This document shows, piece by piece, positions 9,522 to 18,932 of a DNA stretch of 64,000 nucleotides (its first letter is position 1; every line of letters begins with the position of its first letter). Made by a program: the position numbers and the translations under genes. The notes under the pieces are model-generated. The model did no database searches. It saw nothing but the letters and a program-made list of their open reading frames with translations, and had not been told where the DNA came from. Source of the stretch: Marinobacter sp. (GTDB taxonomy: Bacteria > Pseudomonadota > Gammaproteobacteria > Pseudomonadales > Oleiphilaceae); NCBI GenBank assembly GCA_018402255.1, contig JAGYIS010000005.1, positions 286,153 to 350,152 of the forward strand. The letters are read 5' to 3'.

Positions 9522-10697
9522 ATGACCGAAATTGCCAACGCCAACATCGCCGACTACTACGACGCCGAGACCTTCAAGCGCATCAAGGATTTTTCCCAAA
9601 CCAGGGAAACGCCGTTTGTGGTGATTGATACCGCTACCATCAATCGCCAGTACGATGAGCTTGCGGAAGTGTTTCCCTATGCGAATGTCTATTATGCGGT
9701 GAAAGCGAATCCGGCTCCTGAGATTCTGACCATGCTGAGGGACAAAGGCGCGAGCTTTGATATTGCCTCGGTGTATGAGCTGGACAAGGTAATGGCGCTG
9801 GGTGTGACCGGTGAGCGGATCAGTTACGGCAATACCATCAAGAAAGCGAAGGACATTCGCACCTTCTACGAGAAAGGTGTGCGCATGTACGCCACCGATT
9901 CCGAGGCCGATTTGCGTAACATCGCCAAGGCGGCACCGGGCTCAAAAGTGTATGTGCGTATCCTGACCGAAGGCACCCTGACCGCAGACTGGCCGTTGTC
10001 CCGCAAATTCGGTTGCCAGACCGACATGGCCATGGATCTGTTGATTCTGGCTCGCGACCTGGGCCTGGTGCCTTATGGCGTATCGTTTCACGTGGGCTCC
10101 CAGCAACGTGAAATTGGTGCCTGGGATGCGGCCCTGGGCAAGGTGAAGGTGATTTTTGAGCGTCTCAAGGAAGAAGACGGCATCGAGCTGAAGATGATCA
10201 ACATGGGTGGTGGCTTTCCCGCCAACTACATCACCCGCACCAACGAGCTCTCGGTGTATGCGGAAGAGATTGCCCGGTTCCTGCGCGAGGATTTTGGCGA
10301 CGAGCTGCCGGAGATTATCATTGAGCCGGGTCGTTCACTGATCTCCAACGCCGGCGTGCTGGTCAGCGAAGTGGTGCTGATTTCCCGCAAGTCACGTACC
10401 GCTCTGCACCGTTGGGTGTTCACCGATGTGGGTAAGTTCTCGGGGTTGATCGAGACTCTGGATGAAGCGATCAAGTTTCCGATCTGGACCGAAAAAGTTG
10501 GCGAAGGTGAGGATTGTGTGATCGCCGGGCCGACCTGTGACAGTGCCGATATCATGTATGAGCACCACAAGTATCCGCTGCCGCTGAACCTGGCCATTGG
10601 TGACCGTATGTACTGGTTGTCGACCGGCGCTTACACCACCACTTACAGTGCGGTTGAGTTTAACGGGTTTCCGCCGCTGAAAGATTACTACATCTAG
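9522..10697 (+). CDS. type III PLP-dependent ornithine/lysine decarboxylase (Orn/DAP/Arg decarboxylase family 2)
   Basis: The translation shows YYAVKANP (PLP lysine), SFHVGSQ, MGGGFP, EPGRSL and GPTCDSAD motifs. ATG 9522 is preceded by GGAGGG at 9505-9510. Confidence 0.85.
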   Translation: MTEIANANIADYYDAETFKRIKDFSQTRETPFVVIDTATINRQYDELAEVFPYANVYYAVKANPAPEILTMLRDKGASFDIASVYELDKVMALGVTGERISYGNTIKKAKDIRTFYEKGVRMYATDSEADLRNIAKAAPGSKVYVRILTEGTLTADWPLSRKFGCQTDMAMDLLILARDLGLVPYGVSFHVGSQQREIGAWDAALGKVKVIFERLKEEDGIELKMINMGGGFPANYITRTNELSVYAEEIARFLREDFGDELPEIIIEPGRSLISNAGVLVSEVVLISRKSRTALHRWVFTDVGKFSGLIETLDEAIKFPIWTEKVGEGEDCVIAGPTCDSADIMYEHHKYPLPLNLAIGDRMYWLSTGAYTTTYSAVEFNGFPPLKDYYI

Positions 10698-10762
10698 CGC
10701 CAATCCCCACCGCCAGCGGGCTATCGGGTGGGGGTTAGTCTGATCGGGCTTGATGTTTGTCT

Positions 10763-10790
10763 GGGTCGCTTCGGCGGCCCTTTTTATTTT
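10763..10790 (+). terminator. intrinsic terminator after the decarboxylase gene
   Basis: GGGTCGC-TTCG-GCGGCCC hairpin (10763-10780, one G-T pair) followed by TTTTTATTTTT. It overlaps the stop codon of the convergent gene. Confidence 0.6.
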
Positions 10791-12883
10791 TCCAGGGCTT
10801 TGTGCCGTCTTGCCTTGTCGTCGGTTTTCGCCTGCTGGCTTTGCTCCGGAGTGGGTTGTGCTCCAGGGGGTTCGTCTGGCACGGGCACTGGGTCTCTGGG
10901 CGGATAGATCATGGCCATGGGGTTTTCCTTGATCACCATGAACCAGGCTTTGATCAGTTTCGGGAAGCTCGATACCCGGGTGTTCCTGGCCCTGAGGGCG
11001 ACGTTCAGGGCCAGCGTGAAGCTGACCAGCAGGTTGACGCCACCAATCATCAGGGCAAACAGGGTGAACAGGGCGAATTCGCGGGCACCGGGAATGAACA
11101 CCGACATGGCGTAGCCGACGTCGGCCGATGAGAAGGCCACGTGGCGGATGTCGATGGGCAGGTTGAGCAGGAAGCCGATGTATCCGGTAACGCCGAGCAA
11201 CACACCGAAGACGAAGTTACTGGCCAGGGCGCCGTAGTGCTCGGCCACGTAAGCGCCAAAGCGGGCGCGGGTTTCCGGGCGCATCAGGCGCCGCAACAGC
11301 GGGTGCTGTTCCAGCCGCTCGGCCAGATTCAGGTAGGCGGCTCGGTTGTCGAAGTAACCGGCCACCAGGCCGGACACGAATAGCCAGACTCCGGCTATGG
11401 CGGCATACATCAACGCCAGGCTTTGCCAGGGGTGAATGCCGGCCAGCATATAGTCGTATCGCTCGGAGCTGATCAGAGGCGCGCCCTGAGCGTTGGTATA
11501 GAGCCAGCCGATGACAAAGGCCACCGACAGGGCGACGGCGACGTTGCCGATGATGGCAACAAACTGGGTACGACCCACTCGCACCAGCAGCTCCGCCAAT
11601 TTGCGGGCGTTGGCCCGGCCCTGCTCGCCCTGCTCTACTTTTTCGGCAATGCTGGCGGCGGTCATGGCAGGCTGTTTAGTGGCCACGGTGCAGTGCAGTA
11701 TGTGGATAATCATGAAACCGATGCCGTAATTGAGGCTGACCCAAAGGGTTTGCCAACCTTCGGTCAGTTCCAGCTGCAGGATCTGAATTTTGATCAGCGC
11801 CATAAACGCGATGATGAAGCCGCCTCCGGCGCCAGAGGCCAGCATGGCCAGGTATTCTTTGCGACTGCCGGCAATGTAGTGCTCGCCATGGTCGCTGGCG
11901 TTTTCGGTGACACTGCGCGACATCAGCCGCAGGTTGGCGCGCCACAAAGCTCTGACGCCATGGCGTTCAGCGCTGGCCTGGACCAGGCTTTTGAACAGCT
12001 CTACCGAACGCTTCAGGCCTTTGACCGGGTCTTCGGGGTCCATGATATCGAGCAGGTGTTCAATGCGGTCCAGGGTCTGGTGCAGGCGCTCGAGCAGGTG
12101 CGTCAGGGCCATGGTTGAGCCGGCGGTGACTGATTTGCGTTGCAGTCGATCGATTTCTTCACGGCATTGTTCGATCAGCACCCGGGCATGGGCGTCATCC
12201 TGCTCAATGCTCTGTTGGTGTTGCAGGGCATGGTTCCAGGATTGAACCAGCGCCGCGATTTCCCGTTGCAAGGCGACAAAGGCCGATTCCCGATCAATAA
12301 TCTTCGGATTCAGTCGCAAAATATTGGGTTCGAGTTCCTCGGCGGCGACCCAGATAGACAGCATTTCCAGGGCGTTGAGCATCTGGCTGTAGATTCGGTG
12401 GCGAGTGCGCTCAAGCGCAGGCGGAGAAAAGTGCCAGAGCGTGGTCAGCAGCCGCAGCAGTGCCTCGTCCGGGATCTGGTGTATCCACTCGGCGTCGTCT
12501 TTGCGGTGAAACACCACAAACAGCACGCTTTTGACGTTATTGCGGTCTTTCGGTGCCGGGTTGATGCGTTCGTAAAGACGTTCGCCGATCTCTTTCACGA
12601 AGCCGCGACGGGAATACAGGCCCAGTCCGGACAGTAGCTGGAAAAACTGGGCCTGATCGAGCCATTCCTGCAGCCGGCCGGCAATCGCCAGGTGGACATC
12701 CAGGTTCTCGGTCAGGGCACCGTCGAGCTGTTTCATCCGGTCGATGGCGTTGTGTACGGTTTCGCCCCGATGCGGGCGAATCCAGTCGACCACCAGGCTC
12801 AGGGTTTTCAGTGCACTGGTCTGCTCGTCGGCAAGCTGATTTATCAGGGTGGCCAGTTTCAACACAGGGTCCTTGTGTGGCAA
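10784..12883 (-). CDS. polytopic membrane protein of the family annotated as site-specific recombinase (Gcr / Pfam SpecificRecomb type)
   Basis: The 699-aa protein has a soluble helical N-terminal half (LSLVVDWIRPHRG...) and a C-terminal half with several TM helices. No recombinase catalytic motif is recognisable. The family assignment is from memory. Confidence 0.6.
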   Translation of the reverse strand: MPHKDPVLKLATLINQLADEQTSALKTLSLVVDWIRPHRGETVHNAIDRMKQLDGALTENLDVHLAIAGRLQEWLDQAQFFQLLSGLGLYSRRGFVKEIGERLYERINPAPKDRNNVKSVLFVVFHRKDDAEWIHQIPDEALLRLLTTLWHFSPPALERTRHRIYSQMLNALEMLSIWVAAEELEPNILRLNPKIIDRESAFVALQREIAALVQSWNHALQHQQSIEQDDAHARVLIEQCREEIDRLQRKSVTAGSTMALTHLLERLHQTLDRIEHLLDIMDPEDPVKGLKRSVELFKSLVQASAERHGVRALWRANLRLMSRSVTENASDHGEHYIAGSRKEYLAMLASGAGGGFIIAFMALIKIQILQLELTEGWQTLWVSLNYGIGFMIIHILHCTVATKQPAMTAASIAEKVEQGEQGRANARKLAELLVRVGRTQFVAIIGNVAVALSVAFVIGWLYTNAQGAPLISSERYDYMLAGIHPWQSLALMYAAIAGVWLFVSGLVAGYFDNRAAYLNLAERLEQHPLLRRLMRPETRARFGAYVAEHYGALASNFVFGVLLGVTGYIGFLLNLPIDIRHVAFSSADVGYAMSVFIPGAREFALFTLFALMIGGVNLLVSFTLALNVALRARNTRVSSFPKLIKAWFMVIKENPMAMIYPPRDPVPVPDEPPGAQPTPEQSQQAKTDDKARRHKALEK

Positions 12884-12931
12884 TAACTACAAGCGGTGTT
12901 GTACGTTACCGGTGCATTGATAGATGAATGC

Positions 12932-14122
12932 TCAGTCTGCACGGCGGCGCAAATCCAGGGTCAGTGCCACTGGCAGTACCAGCAGGCTGTAGCCGACCAT
13001 GACCATGACGGCATGTCGGATATCGCCGGTCCAGTCGGCAATCACGCCGCCGATCATGGGTACCGAAAATGCCAGGGTGTAACCGACCAGAAACGTACCG
13101 GCAGACAACCGGCCGGTCTCTTCCGAGCGTACCAGCAGTGGTGGCAGGGCAACCAGTAAAATCAGCAGGATGCCTGCCACAAAACTCATCAAAGTGGCAC
13201 TGATGATGGCCGACCAGCCTTCGAGCACGAGGGTGCCGGCGGTGCCGGTAATGCTCAGGGCCGCCATCAGCACGATGATCCCTCGCCGGCCCACCCACAC
13301 TCGGGCCATTTTCAACATCACCAGAGAGGCCAGAACCTGGGCGAAGTTATACCAGAAAAGTGCGTCCGCCAGTTTCTCGAAATGACCCTGTTGCTGCAGC
13401 AAGTTGCCCATGTAGGCGTTCAGGCCAAAAAACATGGAGCCGGACAGCCCCAGCAGCAGGCCGATTTTCAGGGTCAGGGGATTCTTCCAGTCCGGTAACC
13501 AGGCGCCCCTGCGCACGGGCCTTGCCAGGTCGCGCCTGGGAAGAAACAGCGCAGCCGCCACCAGCAGTGCCGGCAGTGACCAGACCAGCAAGGTGGCACG
13601 CCAGCTGTTATCCAGCAAGGGCATAAGCACCGGCAGGGTGATGCCCGCACCAATGAATTCGCCCATAAGCATGCCGTTCATATAGATGGCTGAGCCCAGA
13701 GCCAGGTGGTGGGGCTGCAGCCAGCGAGGTAACAGCGCTGGCAGGGCCGGTTGCATCATCGCGACGCCAAAACCCATGACGGCGCTGGCCACCATCAGGG
13801 TGAAGGTATCCGGCACCAGTCCGCGGCCGGCAGAACCGATCACCATGACAACCATGGCCAGGGCCAGGGTGTTTCTGGGGCCGATGCGGGAAATGGCCAG
13901 CGAGCCGGGCATGGCGCCGATCGCCAGCATCAGGATCGGAAGGGTGGTCAGGGCACCGGTCAGTGCCTGGGTCAGGCCGAGCTCGTCGCTGATGAAGGGC
14001 GCCAGGGGTGGCGCTACCAGCACGGGTATTCTCAGATAAACGCCGGCCAGCCAAAGCAACACCGCCACCGGCAGCAGCTTGGCTGGCGGTGGCGGTGTGG
14101 TGGCGGCTGAATAATCTGCCAC
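12932..14122 (-). CDS. MFS transporter (CynX-like)
   Basis: The 396-aa protein has about 12 TM segments. It begins 11 nt after the ectC stop. Confidence 0.85.
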   Translation of the reverse strand: MADYSAATTPPPPAKLLPVAVLLWLAGVYLRIPVLVAPPLAPFISDELGLTQALTGALTTLPILMLAIGAMPGSLAISRIGPRNTLALAMVVMVIGSAGRGLVPDTFTLMVASAVMGFGVAMMQPALPALLPRWLQPHHLALGSAIYMNGMLMGEFIGAGITLPVLMPLLDNSWRATLLVWSLPALLVAAALFLPRRDLARPVRRGAWLPDWKNPLTLKIGLLLGLSGSMFFGLNAYMGNLLQQQGHFEKLADALFWYNFAQVLASLVMLKMARVWVGRRGIIVLMAALSITGTAGTLVLEGWSAIISATLMSFVAGILLILLVALPPLLVRSEETGRLSAGTFLVGYTLAFSVPMIGGVIADWTGDIRHAVMVMVGYSLLVLPVALTLDLRRRAD

Positions 14123-14133
14123 GGTCAGCGGGT

Positions 14134-14529
14134 TCAGCCTTCGCTGGTGTCCGGCAGGTAGGCGCCGTCTTCGTCGTGTACTTCGCGGCCAGTGACCGGA
14201 GGGTTGAAGGCGCAGATCAGGCGCATGTCTTCGGTACCACCGTACAGCGTATGCTGGTCGTGCTTGTCGAGTGCATAGAGGGTGCCATCGCTGATCTCGT
14301 GGGTTTCGCCCGTGGCCTTATCCAGGATTTTGCCGTTACCGGCGACGCAGTAAACCGCTTCCAGATGGTGCTTGTACCAGAGGTTCAGCTCGGCGCCCGC
14401 AGGGATGATGGTCTCGTGGAACGAGAAACCCATACCGTCTTTTTTCAGCAGCATGCGGCGGCTGGTCCAGCCTGGGCCGGTGACTTCGCGCTCGGTACCC
14501 ATGATGTCTTGCACACGTACGATTTTCAT
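14134..14529 (-). CDS. ectC: ectoine synthase family protein (cupin), with no ectA or ectB in this window
   Basis: [16 protein letters not shown]...[16 protein letters not shown]...DKHDQHTL...[17 protein letters not shown] aligns along its whole length with the remembered EctC sequence. ATG 14529 is chosen because the GAGGA lies 6 nt upstream. Confidence 0.85.
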   Translation of the reverse strand: MKIVRVQDIMGTEREVTGPGWTSRRMLLKKDGMGFSFHETIIPAGAELNLWYKHHLEAVYCVAGNGKILDKATGETHEISDGTLYALDKHDQHTLYGGTEDMRLICAFNPPVTGREVHDEDGAYLPDTSEG

Positions 14530-14579
14530 TCGCATTCCTCATTTCGTGATGGAATAGCCTTATAGTATAAACATGCCGG

Positions 14580-16010
14580 TTACGGCCGATTCAACCGCCA
14601 ATCGTCGTAGACCGCCAAAGACTGCTCGATGGCAGACGCCAGATTGTGGCGTTGCTGATGGCTGAGAGGCTTTTGTTTCCGGCACCGGTCGAAGGCTTTC
14701 TGAATCTCCCGGCGACTGCTTTTATCCAGCCGTTCGAGCCAATGCTGATCAGCGGGCTCGAGTTCCAGCAGATCCCGGCCGGCGTGGTTGCGATGGCTGA
14801 TGTGCCACCAGTGATCCACTGCTCTGCCCAATACAACATAGCCAAACTGGCTGTCTTGTACAGGTCCGAAGCTGGCGGATTTCAGGCCATCTTTGAGTGG
14901 GCCGATACTGAGTGCCGGCAGGATCAGTCGATCGCCGTAAAAATAACTGCCGGCGGCGCCGATCAGCCCGCCTACCAGGGCCCCGGCGCCCAGGGAGGTG
15001 CCGAAGGTCGCGGCGTCGATGCCAGCGCCCCCCATGGCGCCTGCGCCAAAGCCGGCACCGGCAAGGTATTTCTTGCTCACCGCCCAGTGGTTGCGGGTGT
15101 CTTCAGAAAACAGGTCGTGCTGGCTGGCCCACGCCAGTTCGGCTTCCTGGCGTTGAATGCGCTGGTGTTGGTACAGGTGCTCAACGTTTACCCGCAAGGT
15201 CTGTTCGCGCTTGCGCTGGTGTTGGTACCAGCGGTCTCGAAGTGTTTCTGCCAGTGACGCATCGCTGGTGCCGGCGACCTGATCGAGGGTCAGCGTACGC
15301 CGCTCTTGATAGGCCATCATGTCTTCCAGCGCCCGCGCAATCAGGCTGGCGGCCTGGTGCCGCCGTTGGTGTCGCTGCTGGGCCAGCAAGTCCGTGGCCT
15401 GAGCCAGCGTCTGCTCCCAGTCCGGCTCCAGCTGCCCGAAGGCTTTCAGCAAGCTGAGATGTTGCTCGAAAGGGGCGCGAACGGCGTCAAACTTGCGGAC
15501 AACCTGAAAGAACTGGCCGAGTGCGGATTGCCAGGTGTCGCTGTAGTCGTCATCCCCAATACTGTTGATCAGAGCCAGGCTGGGGCGACCGCTCCAGCGG
15601 AGGATGGTCATTTCCGCCTCGTGTTCGGCACTGTAGGGCACCGAGCCATCGACCACGTAGATGATGCCGGCCCCTTCGATAATCGGTGTCAGCAGCTCAC
15701 ACTCATCCACATAACGATCATCGCCCCGGTGTTGCAGTACAAAGGCCCGCACCGTTTCCGGGTGGTCCGAGGCGGACAGACTGTGGGCTTCGAGCCACTG
15801 CAGCACTCGCCGGGGCCTCTGAAAGCCCGGCGTGTCGACCAGAGTGTAGAGCTGCTTGCCATCCACGCTGAGTGGGTAGGCCTGACGGGCCCGGGTGGTG
15901 CCGGGCTCCAGTGCGATGGCAATGGCATCGTTCTGGGACAGGGTGGCCACCACGCTGGATTTGCCTTTGTTCGGGTGGCCGACCACCGCAAATAACGGTT
16001 GTTGAGTCAT
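14580..16010 (-). CDS. membrane-anchored P-loop GTPase (DUF3482-type)
   Basis: The translation shows GHPNKGKSSVVATL (G1) and LVDTPGF (G3), followed by a coiled region and a glycine-zipper hydrophobic segment (AGAGFGAGAMGGAGIDAATFGTSLGAGALVGGLIGAAGSYF). Its start overlaps the upstream stop (ATGA). Confidence 0.8.
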   Translation of the reverse strand: MTQQPLFAVVGHPNKGKSSVVATLSQNDAIAIALEPGTTRARQAYPLSVDGKQLYTLVDTPGFQRPRRVLQWLEAHSLSASDHPETVRAFVLQHRGDDRYVDECELLTPIIEGAGIIYVVDGSVPYSAEHEAEMTILRWSGRPSLALINSIGDDDYSDTWQSALGQFFQVVRKFDAVRAPFEQHLSLLKAFGQLEPDWEQTLAQATDLLAQQRHQRRHQAASLIARALEDMMAYQERRTLTLDQVAGTSDASLAETLRDRWYQHQRKREQTLRVNVEHLYQHQRIQRQEAELAWASQHDLFSEDTRNHWAVSKKYLAGAGFGAGAMGGAGIDAATFGTSLGAGALVGGLIGAAGSYFYGDRLILPALSIGPLKDGLKSASFGPVQDSQFGYVVLGRAVDHWWHISHRNHAGRDLLELEPADQHWLERLDKSSRREIQKAFDRCRKQKPLSHQQRHNLASAIEQSLAVYDDWRLNRP

Positions 16011-17422
16011 GGTTGTTCAGCACCGGTCTGGTAAGGATTGTCCGGTAAGGAGGGCAGCAGAGCGACCTGAGTAAAACCTGTCGGCAGGCGCTCGGTAAAG
16101 CGCAGCCACGGCTGGATCAGGTGGTTGGCCGGAGCCTCGTTGGCATTGGCGGCCAGGGGCAGAATGAGTACTCGGGTGTTCGCGGGCCATTGTGCCCGGG
16201 CATGGTCCAGAAAGTCATGCAGTTCGCCGGTTGGCGGTTCCCAGCTGCGGGTAACCACGACAATGGCCGGCGACGGGTCCCGGGCGAGCTTGCTGGCGAG
16301 CGTGGTCAGCACCTGGTCATCCTCGGCCAGAGATGCCCGTCCGCCGGCTTTGAGTACCGTGGCGCCGTCGCCCAGCAATGGCTGGGGCAGTTCCGGTTCG
16401 CCCGCGCCGGCCCAACAGACGATATGGCGGGCATCGGACAGCGCCACCGGCGTGGTGTGGGTGCTGGTGTCGGGCAGATCACCGGCGTCGTTGTGCTGGT
16501 TGCCGGTATCCAGCGTCGGGGTTTCCATACGCCAGGCCAGCGCCTGCATGCCGGGATGGCGCTGCAGCAGGTCATTGCTCCTGCGCCGAACCAGCCAGTG
16601 GCTGAAGGCCAGCAAAAGCAGTCGGGGGATCAGCACCCAGGTTAGCCATAACATCACGGCGAAGGGCCACCATTGCCCCCACTGGGCCGCCGGGGTGGTT
16701 GTTGGGCTGGCCGGGGCGGCACGGAAAAAGCGTGTGGCTTCAATCAGATCCTGCGACGGCACCGCTGCCGGCCATAGCCAGCCCCACGGGGTGGCTATGG
16801 CCTGAATCAGGGCGTGATAGCCCTGGGCCGCGGTGTCCAGTGTGGTGCTCCAGCCAAAGGCCAGATCCTGAACGACCAGCAGTACCAGCAAGGTGAGTAG
16901 CCCGGTGGTGGCGAAGGCGGTGCCGCCGGTGTGGGCCGCCCTGGCCATCAGGAGCGGTTGCAGTCGCGCCAGAGTTTGCCCCGGCGGCTGCTTCTGCAGA
17001 CGCCGTTGCAGCCAGCCCCAGGGTTGCCAGCCCGCCAGCGCCTGCACCGTGGTGGCCGCCGCCAGTAACAGTTGCAGCAGTACAAACGCCAGTAGCACGG
17101 TCATGTTGATGCGTTGGCCACCGTCGTAGAACAGCAGTCCGGCCATCGTGAGAATGCCGAACATTGCCCCGGCCACGACAAAACCGCCGTGGATTCGCCG
17201 CCACCGTTGCTCGATGTCCTTGCCGGCCTGCCGGCCATTGCCGGGACCACTGAGCCGCGCCATCTGTTGCAGCCAGGCGGCGGCATCCGGGCGGATGCCC
17301 TGCTGCTGGCAGTCCAGCGCAAAACGCCGGTCACGGCGGTGAAGAAAAGCCGGGGCTTGATCCCTGTCGCGCTGGATGCGGTCATCAAAATCCAGCAACA
17401 GACGAAGGGGGTTGTGGCTCAT
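16007..17422 (-). CDS. DUF2868-type polytopic membrane protein, partner of the GTPase
   Basis: It has several TM helices (VVAGAMFGILTMAGLLFY, VLLAFVLLQLLLAAA and others) and is translationally coupled to the downstream GTPase. ATG 17422 (AGGAC upstream) is preferred over ATG 17485, which has no SD. Confidence 0.65.
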   Translation of the reverse strand: MSHNPLRLLLDFDDRIQRDRDQAPAFLHRRDRRFALDCQQQGIRPDAAAWLQQMARLSGPGNGRQAGKDIEQRWRRIHGGFVVAGAMFGILTMAGLLFYDGGQRINMTVLLAFVLLQLLLAAATTVQALAGWQPWGWLQRRLQKQPPGQTLARLQPLLMARAAHTGGTAFATTGLLTLLVLLVVQDLAFGWSTTLDTAAQGYHALIQAIATPWGWLWPAAVPSQDLIEATRFFRAAPASPTTTPAAQWGQWWPFAVMLWLTWVLIPRLLLLAFSHWLVRRRSNDLLQRHPGMQALAWRMETPTLDTGNQHNDAGDLPDTSTHTTPVALSDARHIVCWAGAGEPELPQPLLGDGATVLKAGGRASLAEDDQVLTTLASKLARDPSPAIVVVTRSWEPPTGELHDFLDHARAQWPANTRVLILPLAANANEAPANHLIQPWLRFTERLPTGFTQVALLPSLPDNPYQTGAEQP

Positions 17423-17505
17423 GCAGTGTCCTGATGAATTCGGTCGGATTTGCTTTCCTGCTAGGATATAGCCATTAACCTTCATGAAGCCAGCCGGGAA
17501 GCCCT

Positions 17506-17868
17506 ATGCCCCACCACCTGATGAACCTGCGTAATGTGCCTGATGATGAGGCAGACGACATTCGTGCCTTGTTTGATGAGCATGAGGTACGCTACTACGA
17601 GACCCCGCCAAGCCGTTGGGGCATCAGTATGGGTGGCTTCTGGGTGCACGACGACGATGAGGCGGCTCGGGCCAAAGCATTGCTGGAGGCCTACCAGCAG
17701 CAACGTTTCGAAAGTAAGCGCCAGGCCTTTGAGGAGCAACGTGCCCGTGGCGAGGTTGGCGGGGTCTGGTCCATGCTTTGTCGGCAACCGGTGAGAACCT
17801 TGGCCGCCTGCCTGGCGATTCTGGTGATCGCCGCTTTCAGTCTGCTGCCGTTTATCCGGCTTGGCTGA
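17506..17868 (+). CDS. small conserved protein with a C-terminal TM helix (possibly DUF6164-like)
   Basis: The 120-aa protein has N-terminal LMNLRNVPDDEADDIRALFDEHEV and a C-terminal hydrophobic helix. It is divergent from the DUF2868 gene. The family name is uncertain. Confidence 0.55.
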   Translation: MPHHLMNLRNVPDDEADDIRALFDEHEVRYYETPPSRWGISMGGFWVHDDDEAARAKALLEAYQQQRFESKRQAFEEQRARGEVGGVWSMLCRQPVRTLAACLAILVIAAFSLLPFIRLG

Positions 17869-18804
17869 TTATGGATCCTGTTGCCGGGCCAGGAACTGTG
17901 CTGCGCTTTCAACCGCGTTGCCTGCGGTCAGAAAACTGGTGACATGTCCGCGCAAATGCATCTTATAGACTTCGTGATACACGCCGTTATCGGCGAGGGC
18001 TTGCGCGAACCGTTCGGCCTGGGCAAAGGGCACCAGCATGTCCATGGTGCCGTGAAACAGGAAAAACGGCGGTGTTGAGGCACTGACGTGGCTGATCGGA
18101 GAGGCTTGTTGATAGCGCTCAGGGTCTGCCTTCAGGTCACTCCCGAGGAATTGCCGGAGCAGCTTGCCGGAACCGAACGCTGGAAGGTCTGACGGCAGGC
18201 CACCAGCCACTACCGCCTGAAGCCCGGTATCCGGACCGCCATGGGGCGTGTTCAGATCACTGTCGGTACTGGCAACGGTAGCCAGAAGTGCCATCAGGTG
18301 GGCGCCCGATGAAAACCCGAAACCACTGACTCTCTTGGCATTCAGCCCGTAGTGGTCGGCATGTTGCTGAATCCACTGGCGGGCCACCTGCAAGTCGTGC
18401 AGTTGTGCCGGGAAAGTGTATTCAGGTGCAAACCGGTAATCGATGTTCAAAACCGCAAAACCCTGGCTTGCCAGCGCCTCGGCTACCCATGTCATGTCAG
18501 CGCGAGAGCGCCGCTCCCAGCCGCCCCCGTGAGCCATCAATACCACCGGGGCTTTCCTCGTCATGATGGGTACGTAAAGGTCTGCAAACAGGGTTTCTGG
18601 CCAGGTTTCCGGCGAAAAGGTGATGGAGGGATGCACGGTGAAACCGGTCTCGGGCAACTGCACGGATTGAGCCGACGTGGGACTATGGCTGGCGCAGCCT
18701 GCCAGCCAAAAGAATGCCGCGGGGATAATGCTAATAAGCTGTTTGAACGTGCGTGTTTTCAAATCAGGCGACTCCTTTGCCGGCTTCTGGGTCATTAGCC
18801 ACAT
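17869..18804 (-). CDS. alpha/beta hydrolase (esterase/lipase type), lipoprotein
   Basis: It has a lipobox FFWLAGC, an oxyanion-hole HGGGW and a nucleophile elbow GFSSGAH. Confidence 0.8.
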   Translation of the reverse strand: MWLMTQKPAKESPDLKTRTFKQLISIIPAAFFWLAGCASHSPTSAQSVQLPETGFTVHPSITFSPETWPETLFADLYVPIMTRKAPVVLMAHGGGWERRSRADMTWVAEALASQGFAVLNIDYRFAPEYTFPAQLHDLQVARQWIQQHADHYGLNAKRVSGFGFSSGAHLMALLATVASTDSDLNTPHGGPDTGLQAVVAGGLPSDLPAFGSGKLLRQFLGSDLKADPERYQQASPISHVSASTPPFFLFHGTMDMLVPFAQAERFAQALADNGVYHEVYKMHLRGHVTSFLTAGNAVESAAQFLARQQDP

Positions 18805-18932
18805 ACGACAACTTGTCCCTGCTGGATGTGGCAGTGTCGCCCTGGGCTTTCTATACTCCAGTGACAGCGTCCGGAAATCCGGACGCTGTGGCTCTCACCA
18901 TTCCCTGTTTACGACACATGAGTGCGCGGTGC

